NCBI GenBank assembly: GCA_013265495.1
Contig: MU058065.1
Coordinates: 10,085,720 to 10,149,719 of the forward strand
Length of the DNA stretch: 64,000 bases
DNA from: Vicugna vicugna
Lineage: Eukaryota
Reading direction: 5' to 3'
Shown: one piece after another, positions 1 through 13,375 of the stretch
Numbering within the stretch: the first letter of the stretch is position 1
Layout of the letters: the number at the start of each line of letters is the position of its first letter
Program-made: the position numbers and the translations under genes
Notes under the pieces: model-generated
Database searches by the model: none
The model's input: the letters and a program-made list of their open reading frames with translations, nothing else
What the model was told of the DNA's origin: nothing

Positions 1-3000
1 CTCAGTCCTATAAAACAATATAGTTATTTCGATTATCTGAAATGTTTATTCTAATATATTGAACAAAGAAAAAACAATGCTGACTGAAATATAATATGAT
101 CTTTCTGCAATTGTAACCACTGGCACGATCCTTTTTCGCTTTATTGATACGGCAATTTAAACTTATTACTTTTTATTTTAATTCTGCTCCAGCTCTCTAA
201 ATATCAAACATTTCATAGTTATATTTTCACATTATTATTAATAATTCCTTAATAATTTAATATTTGTCTCATTCTTTCTTCCAAATATGAATGAATGCTG
301 CCTGACATTTTCAAGATTCCTACTTCCTGACATGCTTAATGGATTAACTTTAATAGAGGTTCATGATGCAGGTATTATATGAGAAACAGTGTAAGACTGC
401 TTTCTCTTCCACTGGCTGATTCAGTGTCTGTAGTTTTGACTGTTAATGAATTATGGAACCACGTTAACATGAAACGGTTATCAAAATTTCTATCAGCCAT
501 TTCAAGAATATTCTTAGCCTAGAACAGAGTCCTAAGGGGCTAGACTATAAATCATTTTTGCTTTGTTGGTGTTGTTTATTATTATTATACTGGATAGATG
601 TGGATAAAATGTTATCACAGAAGAAAACTGTTTGCTCTCCAGGGTAGCGAAGGATTGGAAATAGCTGAGATATTACTCCTGAGGGAAACACTGAAGAGAC
701 ATTATTTATTTTCTAATTTTGCTTGAACATGACAATGGAAGACAGGGACCTGTTTTTACTTTTCCTCTGTACCTCCCACTATTCCACGTTGAGTATCTCA
801 TGTCTTCAACTCTGGACATCCCTCTGTCTCCTATATTTCTTTGTTTTTCTCATTTTCCTGTGATTCTGATTTAGAATTTATCTCTAACAAGTAATATAAA
901 TATTTGGAAAAACATTTTGGCATAAATGATTGTAATCTTACCCCATGTCCAACAGACAAGACTATTTCTACACATGACCACACTTATACTTACAATTCAG
1001 TTCGTTGGAGTAACTACCAATTCTAACATGGTACTATTCCCCTCTCCCCTGGAAATAATAAAGTTATATGGATATTGGTTTCCCTCCTGATTTTTGTTGA
1101 TATTTCTTTGCTCATTGAACCATGTGTCTCTAAGATCAAGTATTCACCTTGATTTTGTTTCCTAATATAACACTTTCTAAAATAACACTTGCCTTTCTTA
1201 TACTGATGTATCAAGAACATGTCGGTCAAAATTAAGTTAATCTAATTTTGTTCTTCCTTTCTTCATATTTGAAATCCTAACACTCATTTTTTATTTTAGA
1301 ACTGTATCCAACAAAGCTTTATGAAAACAGAACTTGATTAAATTAATTGTAATCGTTTTCCATTGGAACAATCCAGTTTTTCCATCATATTAACAAAAAA
1401 AGTGAAATCTTTTAAAAATGTTAAATGCGTTATTAATAAGTAAAATTAGAACATACAAAATATTCTACTATATATAATTATAACCACATAGAAAATTTCT
1501 GGAAGAATAAACAATAAACTATTAAGGGTGTTAAATTCTCTTGAGCAGAGAACTTAAAACCTAGACTAGGAAAAGATTTATTATTGTATGTTCTTCATTG
1601 TTTTACTTAAATGGTTTGGCTACCACAGTAAAGCAAGCAATTGGTTTTTATTTTTGAATAATGAATAATGAAGATCACTGAACAGCACATGACACATGTG
1701 ATACAAATGTGTTATCTTGAACAGTAACAAAACTACCAAGATAGCCAGAAAACATATTTGCTGAAGAAAAACATGTTTTCCAGAATGTACTGACATCATA
1801 CACATAAAGAGACACAGATGAACACACAGTTGCATTATAGTTCAAATATTTGCTAATAATTTGATCATCATTTGTAATATGATTTCACAGATCTAACATC
1901 GTTACTGAAAAATCTGAATCATGGACACTAATTCTTATTTAGAAAAATATACTAATCTTTTGAAGTGTGATAGTATCGATTTGTTTCTCATATTGTTTAT
2001 ACTCTGGACTGGCTATGATTGTCACTCATCAGGGATTAACCTCAAAGCCAGTTGTCTAGTCTCATGCAGAGACAGTACGTGCCAGGAATATCGTAGGACC
2101 TGATGAAGACTCATGAAAGAAAAAAGTCTCTTTCCTCCTTCTAAAAGGATAAACTCCCCTGACCCCCTTACCTTTTAAAAGTTGGGTAGGTCGTGGTCCC
2201 TTTGGGGAAAACAGAGCCAAAGACAATACCGTGTAAGCCTCATGATGACCAAGTCTCCACTTGGCTAGGTCAACTCTACTCGGACCTGTGGAGAGCAGTA
2301 AAGACAGTCACTTTTCAAAACAATTAGGACTTTAATGCTCTTTGGAGATGACATTTTTGGCTGAGAATCTAAATCGAATGACCACATTTTAAACTACAAA
2401 GAATTCAAAAATAGTTTATGTTGGGAAGAAAATGGGACTCGCCAGTGGTATTCTCATAATGTTAATTTGATTGCATGTTGGTTTGCTTACAGCCAGATGT
2501 CCTCCTTTGCTGTTGAGCACTTTGAGAAATTAAGATTCCATGCATTTCTCTAATTGCTCCCTTGAAATGAAAACTTCTGTGCCTTTCTTGCAGACATATC
2601 AAAGACAAAAACTACACATCTATGTTAGAACAGTCATTTTCTTCAACAAAGATTGAGAGATACAGTATTATCAGCTTAATCATGAGGGTGTGTGAGAACA
2701 GCAATTACATTTTCTCCCCAAAAGCTGCCCATATTAAGTGAAGCTCTGAAAGTTACAGCCACATTTTCTCACTTGCCTCAGGAACGCAGATGCATATAAA
2801 TGAAACAGTGCTCTTGGCTAATTATCGAGTGAGTAGTCACTTTCATATTTCTTAATAAGAAATCAATTTTTAAAAGTCAGAAGGGATGTAATAAATACAG
2901 CTTCAGACACTGACCAGCAAAAAAACGTGCCATGTGGAATAGTCTTGGCCCTAGGAAGGAGGATGTTAAAATGAAGAAATTTTGAGTAAATCCAAAAGTA

Positions 3001-3889
3001 GACTTAGTTAAAATTAACTTCAAAACATTCAGCCGATAGCTTACATGGTCAGTTGTCTATAAAAATGCTACTCTGTAATATTTTAATTGTCCCTTTAAGT
3101 TAAAACAAAACATTTAATATATTAACTTCAGTTTTCACTTTTAAAAGTTTTAACAGAAGTATTGGACTGTTAAGTTCCAAGCTGTTTTCTATCTCTGTAT
3201 AACTGAAAGGGTTAAGCAACTTAATTACCAATATCCAAATTACTTATTTAGAATTAGGTAAATATTATATATACCAATTATCTTCATATTCTCTAAAAAG
3301 AACTAATCTAATTAATTATAGCTCTTTAGTTGCATTTTATCAATATGATGATGTTTGTTGACTTTCACTGAGATGCACTTTTCCATTTGCTACAACTTCC
3401 CCTTTCATGATTGCTTTCATGGTCCTAGTTCTCTGATTTGTGCTGGGCAAACTGAGGAAGGTGAAGAGGGCAAACAGATGAGTGAGTAGTGTGTGCATAT
3501 TCGAAAGAGGCCAAAGAGATATTATTTTCTTACAAAGGAAATCAAAATGTATGATAAAAAACTATTGCTAAGAAAAGAAAATATGGATCAATAAAGCCAT
3601 AGAAATTTGAATATAAGATTTTTAGAAGAACCTGGAGAAAATGGAACATTTCTGTAGGAGAGCCGTTAACACGATAAGGTGAAAATTATGTCATATCATA
3701 AATAATTAAAGGAAATGACTATATTTGATCTGGAAAATTATAAATTTAAAAGAAAGATAATTCTTGAACTTAATGAATGTAGGAATCCCAAAGCAGAGAT
3801 CACAACTATCATAGAGTAAGTTTATAGGGAGGCAATTTTTGGCTCCTCATAAAGTATAGTGTGCTAACAATTGTTTTTACTTCTTTGAT

Positions 3890-4591
3890 TCTTTATGTTT
3901 CTTTCTATTGCCCACCACCCTCCAATGCCTCCGACCCAGTTTAAGAAAGACCCTATTTATCTCTCACTTGGACTCTTAAAATCGCCTGCTTTCTGACACC
4001 CAGGCCTCAAGTTTCCCAATGCTAATGTTCAGCCTTTATTTTGCTTTCAAGAGAACTTTCTGAAATTTAAAAATAAGCATGTCTTTCTCTTTGGAAACCT
4101 TCAGGGGTTTGCTTTCACCTAGAGGATAATATTCAAACCCCGAGCCACATTTAAACTCTTCACAATCCAGCAGGAAATGAGTTGCAGCTGTCTCCTTTTG
4201 TCCTTCTAGTCACTCCATGTGTCTGACAGGTAAGTTCTTGATTTACTTGGATTACCATGCACATGCATGCTTCTGAACATTTACTTCTCCTATGCTTACT
4301 TGGACTGCACTTTCTCCTTTATTTTTCAGTTTCTTGGCAAAAATTCTTGAACTGTAGCTCAACTTTTATTTCTTTTATGAGGTCTTTCCTGACTCTCTAA
4401 AGAAGAGAGAGTCTCTCCTTACCTTCTATTGATTTGATTTCATTTTGATACATATCCTGTCTAACTACCAAGTTATTTGCTAATTGGTTCATTTCTCCAA
4501 GGAGAAAGGAATCTCTCTGGGAACCAACACACACAGTATTCTTGTTGATAACTGAAGTGTCTGGAACAGAGTTGATTCTAAATCTATGTTG
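3890..4591 (+). mobile_element. Decayed L2 LINE 3' region
   Basis: Pyrimidine-rich L2-like blocks (atctctcacttggac, cacctagaggataaattcaaac) ending in an L2 3'-like segment (gtgtctggaacagagttgattctaaatctatgttg). Confidence 0.5.
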
Positions 4592-6689
4592 TTTTTTTTT
4601 TTAAGTGCAAAAAATAGAAGTGCTCATACAGGAAGTAGATGTTGGTTTTTCAGAGATGTTAGAGAATTGGCTATATTGACTGAGGCTAAACCTGAAATCT
4701 CCCCCAAACACTAGTAGAACACTAAGATTTTATGTCTGCAGGGTAATTTCAGGAAATCAGGTCACACACTCAGAAATGTACACAGACAAACACGTCCATA
4801 AACATACATGCACAGCAGCAACAGCAACACAGAGAGACATCTCCTTAGAAAAATCATTAGAATCCATAATTTTCTTAAAGTAAGGATACTAAAGACATAG
4901 CATGTTGGAAATTTTCATGTACTATTGTTTCCTGCTTAGTCTGTGGTGAAAAACCATTGGCACAACAGATAAACATAATGTGATATGAAATATAGGTATT
5001 CACTAGATATTCTTGACTGACTAGTGTGGTAGAAAACAGAAAGTTTCAACAGTTGGAACAAGTTCTTTAACAATAAATGGCATAAAAATTTTACTCTATT
5101 TATATATGTTCTTAAATAGAAAAAAAAACCTACTGTTTACTGCTCAAGAAAAAGTGAGATTTTTGTAAAAATCCTTCAGAGTGCAAAATATCTATGTCAT
5201 ACCTCCTGAATGATAACTAGATGGCACAAAAAAGAACTCTCAGAAATGTGTAAGTTTGAAACATAAAGGGGAAACAGGCTACATTAATTTTTGGTTTTAC
5301 TTGAGATCAGATGAAAGCAACATATACAAGGATAAACACTAACATATAAACATAAAGATAACTGTATAAAAGGAGTCTATATATTTAAGATTTAGATAAA
5401 ATTCAAATTTTGATTTCATTATACAGCAGTGTATTAAGGTAGCCAAGTGTCTACAGCACATTCATTCTCTACCAGTCCTCTATTTTATCCCTATATTTTA
5501 AAAGCTAAATAATAGAAATTACATGCATTAAAACAACAATGACAAATTAGTGTATTTCAACTTTGCCTGTGATGGGAAGCACATGAACCCAATGATACAT
5601 GTTTGAGGAAGCTGTGCTAGCATTTTAAGGCTATTAATTCCGTTGTGACACAATATGTTTTTTCTCTCTACTTAAAGAAGAACAAATAAACATCTTTCAG
5701 GAGAAGAGATGTACAGATGGAGGTGGACAGCAGCATCTTAACTCTTAAATTAGTTTTCCACAGCTTAGTTCCCAGATGTTTGTTTCTCATGCCCCCTGCT
5801 ATCTGGAGGAGAATTTGCTATTGTCTGTCAATGAGTCATATGCCATCTTCTGAAATTTGGAGAAAATGCAAAGCTACAGTTGGATATAGTGTGAGTCACT
5901 GACAGACAATGGAAAGCTCCAAGATGATGCACTCAGAGCTTCTCTGCATTTTGAAGAAAATTGATCACTCTTATCCTTGTTTTCTGACATCTTCCTAATA
6001 CTCAAGGTTTTACTTCCTTGTCAAAGAACACAGACTTAACAACAGGTAACCCATTCAAATGATAAATATTTTGAATACAAGCAGTCCTTTTTCTTTCCGG
6101 CATCCTTTCATCTCTCACTGTGAACCTTTTTTATTTTATTTTATTTTTTTGCTGTACATACTGAATATCTTTTTCTATCCTTGAGGTGCAACACATTACA
6201 TTTGACAAGACATAGATGGGCAGCTTCTTACTGATTCTATATGTTCATGGCAGAGGGAGCGAGTCCCTCTCACTACATTGGTCATCTGTACTAGATCTCC
6301 TAACAGCCTCATCACAAGGCAGCATTCCGAGAGCTGCACTTCAACCTGTGCCTGCCAACAGCAAGCCAAAACGGAACATCTAACTGCATTTTTAAAAATA
6401 CAGATAATTTGAAAATTCTATTTCCCAACAATGAAACATTTAAAAGCAGATACTGTATGTTTAGCTTATGCTACATTAATGTGCACAAGAGGAGCAACTT
6501 ACTACTGAGATGTTATGATATAGTAGAGTTTACCATAGGGCAAAAATGCACAAACATAAAAATCCAGTTAGCCTAAAGCCACTACCGTTCTTTAAACTGT
6601 AGCTATTTGGATTTTCAAAAATATATATAATGTCACTGAAGTTTTAGCCTGGTTAAAAAAAAAAATGGGAGTAGAGGATGGATGGAATG

Positions 6690-6892
6690 CCACAAGGAAA
6701 TATAAGAGCTGCCCTTCAGGTATTTGAAGGGCAGCCATATAATAAAAGGTGCAAATTCACAGTTCTTTAGAGGAAAAAGCCAAAACTAATGAATGCCATT
6801 TACAGAAAGACAAACTTGTATACAATATAAATAAATATTTTGTTCTATGAAAAACATGACATCATACAGAATGATAATCTTCCTGGCACTGG
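6690..6892 (+). mobile_element. CR1/L3 LINE 3' fragment
   Basis: gctgcccttcaggtatttgaagggcagccat ... ttacagaaagacaaactt ... cttcctggcactgg resembles the recalled L3 3' consensus. Confidence 0.5.
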
Positions 6893-6925
6893 CTACAGAA
6901 TTTGTTGCCTATCAGTCTTGAATTC

Positions 6926-7036
6926 TTTTTTTTTTTTATTGAAGTAAGTTGATTTACAATGCTGTGCCAATTTTGGATGCACAAAAAAGTGATTCAAATA
7001 TATATGCATATATTCCTTTCCAGAAGAATATATCCT
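6926..7036 (-). mobile_element. Short 5'-truncated L1 3' end with poly(A) and TSD
   Basis: Poly-T then attgaagtaagttgatttacaatgctgtgccaatt; flanked by gtcttgaattcttt (6915-6928) and gtcctgaattcttt (7037-7050), 13/14 identical. Confidence 0.75.
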
Positions 7037-7584
7037 GTCCTGAATTCTTTGTAGAATTTATCAGAATTTAAACTTCTTGAGGGCAGAGTTTTTTGTGTTG
7101 TTTTGTTTACTGCTGTCTTATTCTCTTTGTCGAGAACATGGCAAGAATTTAATTTGTCCTATAATGAATCAAAAGAATTAAGGACTCTGAAGATTTTGAC
7201 AGACAATTTTTTAGATTTCCTTGGGAAATTTCATTTATATTCAATGTCTTTGTTTATACGCATAGACTTTAATAGAAAACTAAAATAATTTTGAGTGTAC
7301 TTTAAAACCAAAAGGTTTTTTTTAGGTAGTCAATATAAATGCATGGGATGCTTTGTTTAAATAATGTTCAAAGTTGCTTTCATTCTCTTCTCATTTAATT
7401 TTTGTTAATATTACTGACAGCTGAGCGTGAATTGAAAATGAGATTCAGAACAGAGGCACTGAACGTTGTGGATGATGACCAGTTAGGCATCTTCCTTTTG
7501 ATGTGCCATGGGCTAACCAAATGTATACCAAGACATTTTTATTTTTACAACAAAATTTTTCTATCACACTAGCACCATGGAAAT

Positions 7585-8082
7585 AGTACCAGCTTTCTGT
7601 TGTTGTGTAGCAAGTTACTTTGAAATTTAGCAACTTAAAACAACAAATATATATTATCTCACACACTTTCTGAAGGCCAGGATTCCAGGAGCAGCTTAGC
7701 TATGTGGTTCTGGCCCCAAAGTTGTAATCAAGTTGTCAGCTGGAACTGAAGTCAGCTCAATACTCAATAAACTTGTATAACTATCGGCAGAACTCAGTTT
7801 CTCAGTTCTGTGCTGTGTGTTGTCCAGAGGTTGCAGTCTCTCAGCACAAGGGCTTTTCACAACGAGACAGAGACAGAGGCAGAGATGACAGAGACAGAAT
7901 CTAAGATGGAAGCTGCAGTCTTTTATAACCTAATCCCAGAAGTAGAATACTTAATAAGTAATACAACACGTTATTGATCGCACAAACCATCTCTGGTACA
8001 AGGTGAGTGTGGACCTACACAAGAATGTGAATACCAGGAGAAAGGAGTCATTGGGGACATTTTTGGAGGCTGCCAACCAACA
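7585..8082 (-). mobile_element. MaLR LTR (MLT1F/G/H-like)
   Basis: caacttaaaacaacaaatatatattatctcaca ... gcagtcttttataacctaatcccagaagt ... gtgaataccaggag...cattggggacatttttggaggctgcc, typical antisense MLT1. Confidence 0.75.
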
Positions 8083-8924
8083 GAAATCATTGAATTTATT
8101 AATTTTTTTGAAACTTAAACACACTATGATTGATCACACAAAGGTGGGGATTTGGAAACCATGATGGAAGAGGGAGGACAAAATGAACTTTCCAGTTTGT
8201 TGTCTAAATGGATCAAGTCCTGCACAAATAACATTTATATGATTAATTTTCCTGTTTCATTATAGTTAAAAATTGTTTATAGTTCACAAAACACATAGAC
8301 GCATAAAAGAGATGGCCACTTTCATTGTGTATTGTGATACTGCATTCTTTGAAAGAAGTAAAAACTGAAACAATGACTATTAGCAGTGCAGAATGTCAAA
8401 ACAGTTCCTTTCAAAACAATAGATTACATAGCAAAACTAAGTCTGTCTTGGCTCCTCATCTAAATGTCCAAGTAGTTGAAATAACTAAAGGATTGATTCT
8501 AGAGGTTTTTCTTCTGTAATGCATACATGTAGTATTAAAATATCACTTTTATGATTATTAACATCATCAAGCAAGCAAAAGAATGTTCTTTTAACTGTGG
8601 ATCAGAAGCAAGGTTTTCTTTGGTTTCTATTCACATGTAACAATTCACTGGCAATTTTTCTAGCAATACATATTTCCTCAAGTGTAATATTCTTGGGAAT
8701 AATAGCCATTGAACAAAGTGCTGGGATTGTAAAACATTTTGAGTTCTGTGGGGAACAAAAATTGCAAGGAAATTACAAAGCATTATTAGCATCAGATTCC
8801 CAATTTATTCCAGTTCTCTCCCCAAATCCTTTCCTTTCCCCTAAGGGAAGAGGCCCAGCTGTTAAGTCTAGCTATGTCCCTGCGATGAAACTTCCTCTGG
8901 GCTCCAAGATGCACAAGGATCTTC

Positions 8925-9060
8925 TATCTGTCAGAATTCTGAGTTTTCAGCAACAAAACTGGTCTCTGACAAATTTAAGAAGAAAAAGGCATTTGCTCAA
9001 GAAGAATATTGGGCAGCTCAGAGAATCCCTATGAGATCTAAGGAACTGGGCTTGGAAGAT
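8925..9060 (-). mobile_element. Old MaLR LTR fragment (MLT1K/N-like)
   Basis: tcagcaacaaaactggtctctgacaaatttaagaagaaaaaggcattt...tattgggcagctcagagaatc. Confidence 0.4.
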
Positions 9061-10449
9061 AAACAGCCAAAGATAATTTTAACCTAAATAAAGAGGAGAG
9101 GGCTAAAGAAACATGGCTTTCCCAGTAGCAATAAGATTTTGGTCTTCAGCCTTTGCCATACATGTCATAACTAAAGACATAAACTAATGCATGTAAGCAG
9201 CAAAAATTATCTACACATTCATATTGAACCAATACATATTGAACCATGAGCCCAGTATTGATGTAGGTATTGGAAATAGAGTTGTTAAAAAAAATATATC
9301 AAAGCTCTTGCCCACATGGAGTTTATAGTCTAATGAATTTTTTCAGTTAAAATTCTGTTTGTACTTCTATTGATTTTATTCAATTTTATAAATAGATACA
9401 TTTATTATTGATTGGATTTTATTAATTAAAATTTCAACTACACTCGAGTTTATTGTGCCTCTCTTATGTTCCCACTTCTGTGAGGTTGCTGGAAATTTTG
9501 GAAGCCAGATCTCCATCTGGGCTTCTTCAATATGATCCCATAATACGAGACACAGTACAAAAAAAAAAAAAACCCACAAAAAACCTGACCAAGATCCAAT
9601 GTCAGCATTTGAAACTTTTTCTTCATAGCAAAATGATAAGCAAAACCTTAATTGTAGGATTTGCTAAAAGTTCCTTTATGGTGTAGAAAGTAGTTAACCT
9701 AGGTATTATTTTTAGTCATTGCATGGAAGAAAATTTCTGTAATTGCAAATGTCAGTATTCCATGGACTGATCCATAAATATAATCACTAGTTTAATAAAT
9801 TTCACTTTTCTATGAACCTAATAAAATGTTCTACATGATGACAGTCCCATCTGGATATTTTTAGTAGATCTTTTGGAAATCATATAATCAGTCTAACACA
9901 TGTGAAAGCAGGAGGCATGACTCTTTTATCCTTTATTTACTTCAACTTGAATTGAAGTCTGTGGAATTGGAATTGGATGATTAAAGCTCTCTTAAGAAAG
10001 CTGGGAGCTGGTGGACAGAATGTTTGCGAGGGCTCTTAGACTGGGAGAGAAAACTCATTACATCTGACTCATGGTTTTCTCATAGTAAACTCACACAGGA
10101 TGTTATTTCCCACAATGTTTCATCTATTTTTGAAGGATAATTGTTTAGCAAATCACTAAATTATGAGACAGATGGATGACTTAGAAAGTGGAGGGAGAGA
10201 GAAGTTACTTTGGCACTGAAAAAGCAAGATGTCACAATTAAAAAAATATATCCATCTAACCTAGAAGAATTTGAAAGCCATTTTACAAGGCAAGACTTTT
10301 CTTGACATGAGAGCTTGCCATGGGAGAAGGGAATTTAGAAACACTCTAAACTCTAGTGGTACATAGTCAGAATAAACTTCCACGTGATCCCATCACCCTC
10401 CCTTAGCCCTGTCTTCTTACTTGTTTCTTGGGAAAACTGTTGGTGGTCT

Positions 10450-12083
10450 TAGCAGAGTTCAGATCCTTCTCCCATGCCTCAGATCTCACCCCCTTGCTCC
10501 TACTCAAGGATGTAGCTCCAGCAATTGCTCTAGCTGACTCATATTATCATAAACATGTTGTAATCTCTCTAATTCTTATAACAATACCACACACTTTCTC
10601 AAGCCTCATTTTCTCTTCTGTTACAAGCACATTTCTCTGCTTCCTTTTATTACTCAGCTTATCCAAAATTGTTTCCAATTCATCTGTTTGGGTTCTCCCT
10701 TAACCTCACCTTAATATTTCTTTTTGCCCACAGAATTCCATTAAAACTACTACTATGGAGTCTATGAATGGTGTATGTATAAATATTATATATATCTCTC
10801 TCCAGTAGGCAATATTCAGTCCTCATCATACTTGACTTGGAAGAAACAGATTTATTTCAAATACTTCTTTCCTATTACTCAGCTGGTTTCCTTCCTTCCT
10901 CACTGGTCACTCATAGACCTTAAGTTTCAATAATAGTCAGAGCTTGTATGTCTTTTCTTCATTCAACTCACTCTTTAAGTCCTCTCATACAGTCTCTTGA
11001 CTTTAAAACTATCCATTTGCCGATGACCCCGAAGAGTTTCCCTCCAGTTTAGACATCTCGCCTGAACTCCTGAGTTCTAGAGCTGTCTACTTCAGAGTCT
11101 TGGATGTCTTTGTTCTGTGTTATTAGAGACATAGGAGACTTAGCTTCAAAAGCAACTCCTAGTCTTCCATTCTAAGCCTTCTCCCACATTCTTTCCCACC
11201 TCAGTTATGGTAACTCCATCCTTCTTAGATCAAAATCTTGATGTTACAGTTGAATTCTTTCTTTCTGCCACACACATCTGATGCATTAGCAGGTCTTCTT
11301 GACTCTTCCTCTTCTTCAGAAAATGACCACTTTTCACCACTCCCAGTGCTCCCACCCTGGTCCATTATGGGATCTTCTCTCATGACTCTTTGCTAGAGCC
11401 CACAAGTGGTCTCTCTACTTCAGCCAGTGTCACTCCTCCCACAGTTTATTTTGCACACAGCACCCAGGGCTATCCTTTTTAAACAGATGTAGGATCTTGC
11501 CACTTCTCTGATAAAACATTCTATCTTACTCAGAGTAGATTAAGACATTACAGTAGCCAACAAGCCCCCATTTCAGTGGTTTTTGACACAGGCTGAATAT
11601 GAAAATCACTAGGGAGATTTTAAATGATCCCTGTATCTGGGTCTCATACTCTGAGATTCTCATTTAACCAGTCTTATATGAGATTTAGGCATTGATGTTA
11701 AAAAAAAATGTTAGGTGACTATAAAGGGCAGCCTGGATTGAGAACAATTGTACCTTATGCTCTTGACCTACTACATCTTTGAACTAAGTTTTTCTCCTTC
11801 AAGTTCATTCTGCTTCAGCTCTATTCAGCTTCTTTTCTATTTGTAAAACATATCAAACACTTTTTCTCCTAAGAGGCTTTTCACTTGCTTAACTTCCCCC
11901 ATAACTTTGTTACATTTTTGACATAGTATATGTTTGACTTGTTTATTTTCTGTCAAAATACAGTAGAACACGTGCTCCAGAAGGGCTGGGACTGTTTTTC
12001 TGTTTTGGTCACTGCTATCTTCCCAGCCTCTAGGACAGTTTCTAGCTCATAATTGGCTCTCAGTAAATATTTGTTGAATGAAT
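10450..12083 (+). mobile_element. L2 LINE 3' part, interrupted by MER5
   Basis: Long L2-like pyrimidine-rich tract ending in the canonical L2 terminus ctctaggacagtttctagctcataattggctctcagtaaatatttgttgaatgaat. Confidence 0.75.
11574..11750. mobile_element. MER5 (hAT-Charlie MITE) nested in L2
   Basis: Ends cagtggttttt ... ggattgagaacaattg resemble MER5 TIRs; internal aatcactagggag and ctgagattctcatttaa. Confidence 0.7.
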
Positions 12084-13375
12084 AGTTTATTTCATAATCT
12101 TTGAGCCCCGTGCAAATGTGTGAAATACAGAAAACCCCTTTTAAAAAAGAAAGACGAGTTTAAGAGGAGTGGAAATGGAAACTTTCTCTTTTGATGTGCT
12201 GATTTGAGTCACTAGTTAAATACTCATGTGAAGATGTTCACCAGAAAGATGAAAAATGACTTTGTAGTTCATGAGAGAAGCCAGGGGTTTAGGCATAACT
12301 TTGTTGGTTATCCAATTAGATTTGATGGCTGAAGCCATGAGAGTGAATTCCAGTTCCAATGGAGAGCATTTAGAGAGACAAGAATGATTGATTTAGAAAA
12401 AAGACATTCATAAGAGGTTAAAGAGAAAAGATTCATAAAAGGGACTGAGGTGATACAAAGCCCACAGAGAGGCCCAGGGGCAGCCCACTGAGAAGAGAGC
12501 TTTCTGCTTAAACGACATGGCTGACTCTGCCCCCTGACCATTGCTCCTCGCCCCCTTCATTGCTCCCTCTACCTCCCCGTGATCCCTGAGTGCAGACGCC
12601 GGAACCATCTGCACAAAGGTTCCTGTCTGTTCATGACGCCGTCTGAGATAAATGGAGCTACCGGAAGCTCACAGAGGCCTCAGTCTCTGTGTATCAATGA
12701 GGGATTAATAAAGAGTCCCCTTCGTATTACTCAGGTAAAGTCGGGGGCTGCATCGTGTGAATTTAGCCGGTGCTTCGAGTTCCCATGAGGTAATAATACT
12801 ACTTTCTATTCAAAATGGAGTTTCACTGGTAATGATAGGCATCTGCAGAGACTTCACAGCGCCCTCGGCAGCAGGGAAATGTGGAGTGGAAGGTGCTAAA
12901 ACTGTAATTAGAACAAGGCATCTGTCTCCCAGCTCCTACAGAGCAGCTACTAATCAATGTGATCGCTTGCTTTGAGTGGGGAAGGGCTCACCCATGGTTC
13001 TGCTGGACTTTTTCCCAGCGACTAGCAGACTGAACGCTGGTGGAGAGCACCCTCGGCTTTGGAGATGGAGAAGGAAGTATTCCTGCTTGGTAAATGTGGC
13101 AGTTTACTTCTTAAAAGGTGTTTGTAAGGGCATGTGTTAATTTACATTTCCCATAAATAGCATATTTGCAGAACAGTCTGGAGGCCAATTATTGCTAAAA
13201 GTATGGTTCACACGGAAGCAATTTCAGGCTGATTATCCAGGACTTTTGATTTCTTCTCCCATATGTTTACTTGCCCTTAAGGATTGTGATCTCTTTTGGC
13301 AGGTTATCAAGGGAGAGAAAGAAGATTTAACGCACCGATATAAATTTTCTATCTATTACCAGTTCTGATTTGGGC

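Noticed and set aside
8597..9034. 145-aa ORF
   Set aside because: Non-ATG start, runs into an MLT1 relic, no recognisable domain or splice structure.
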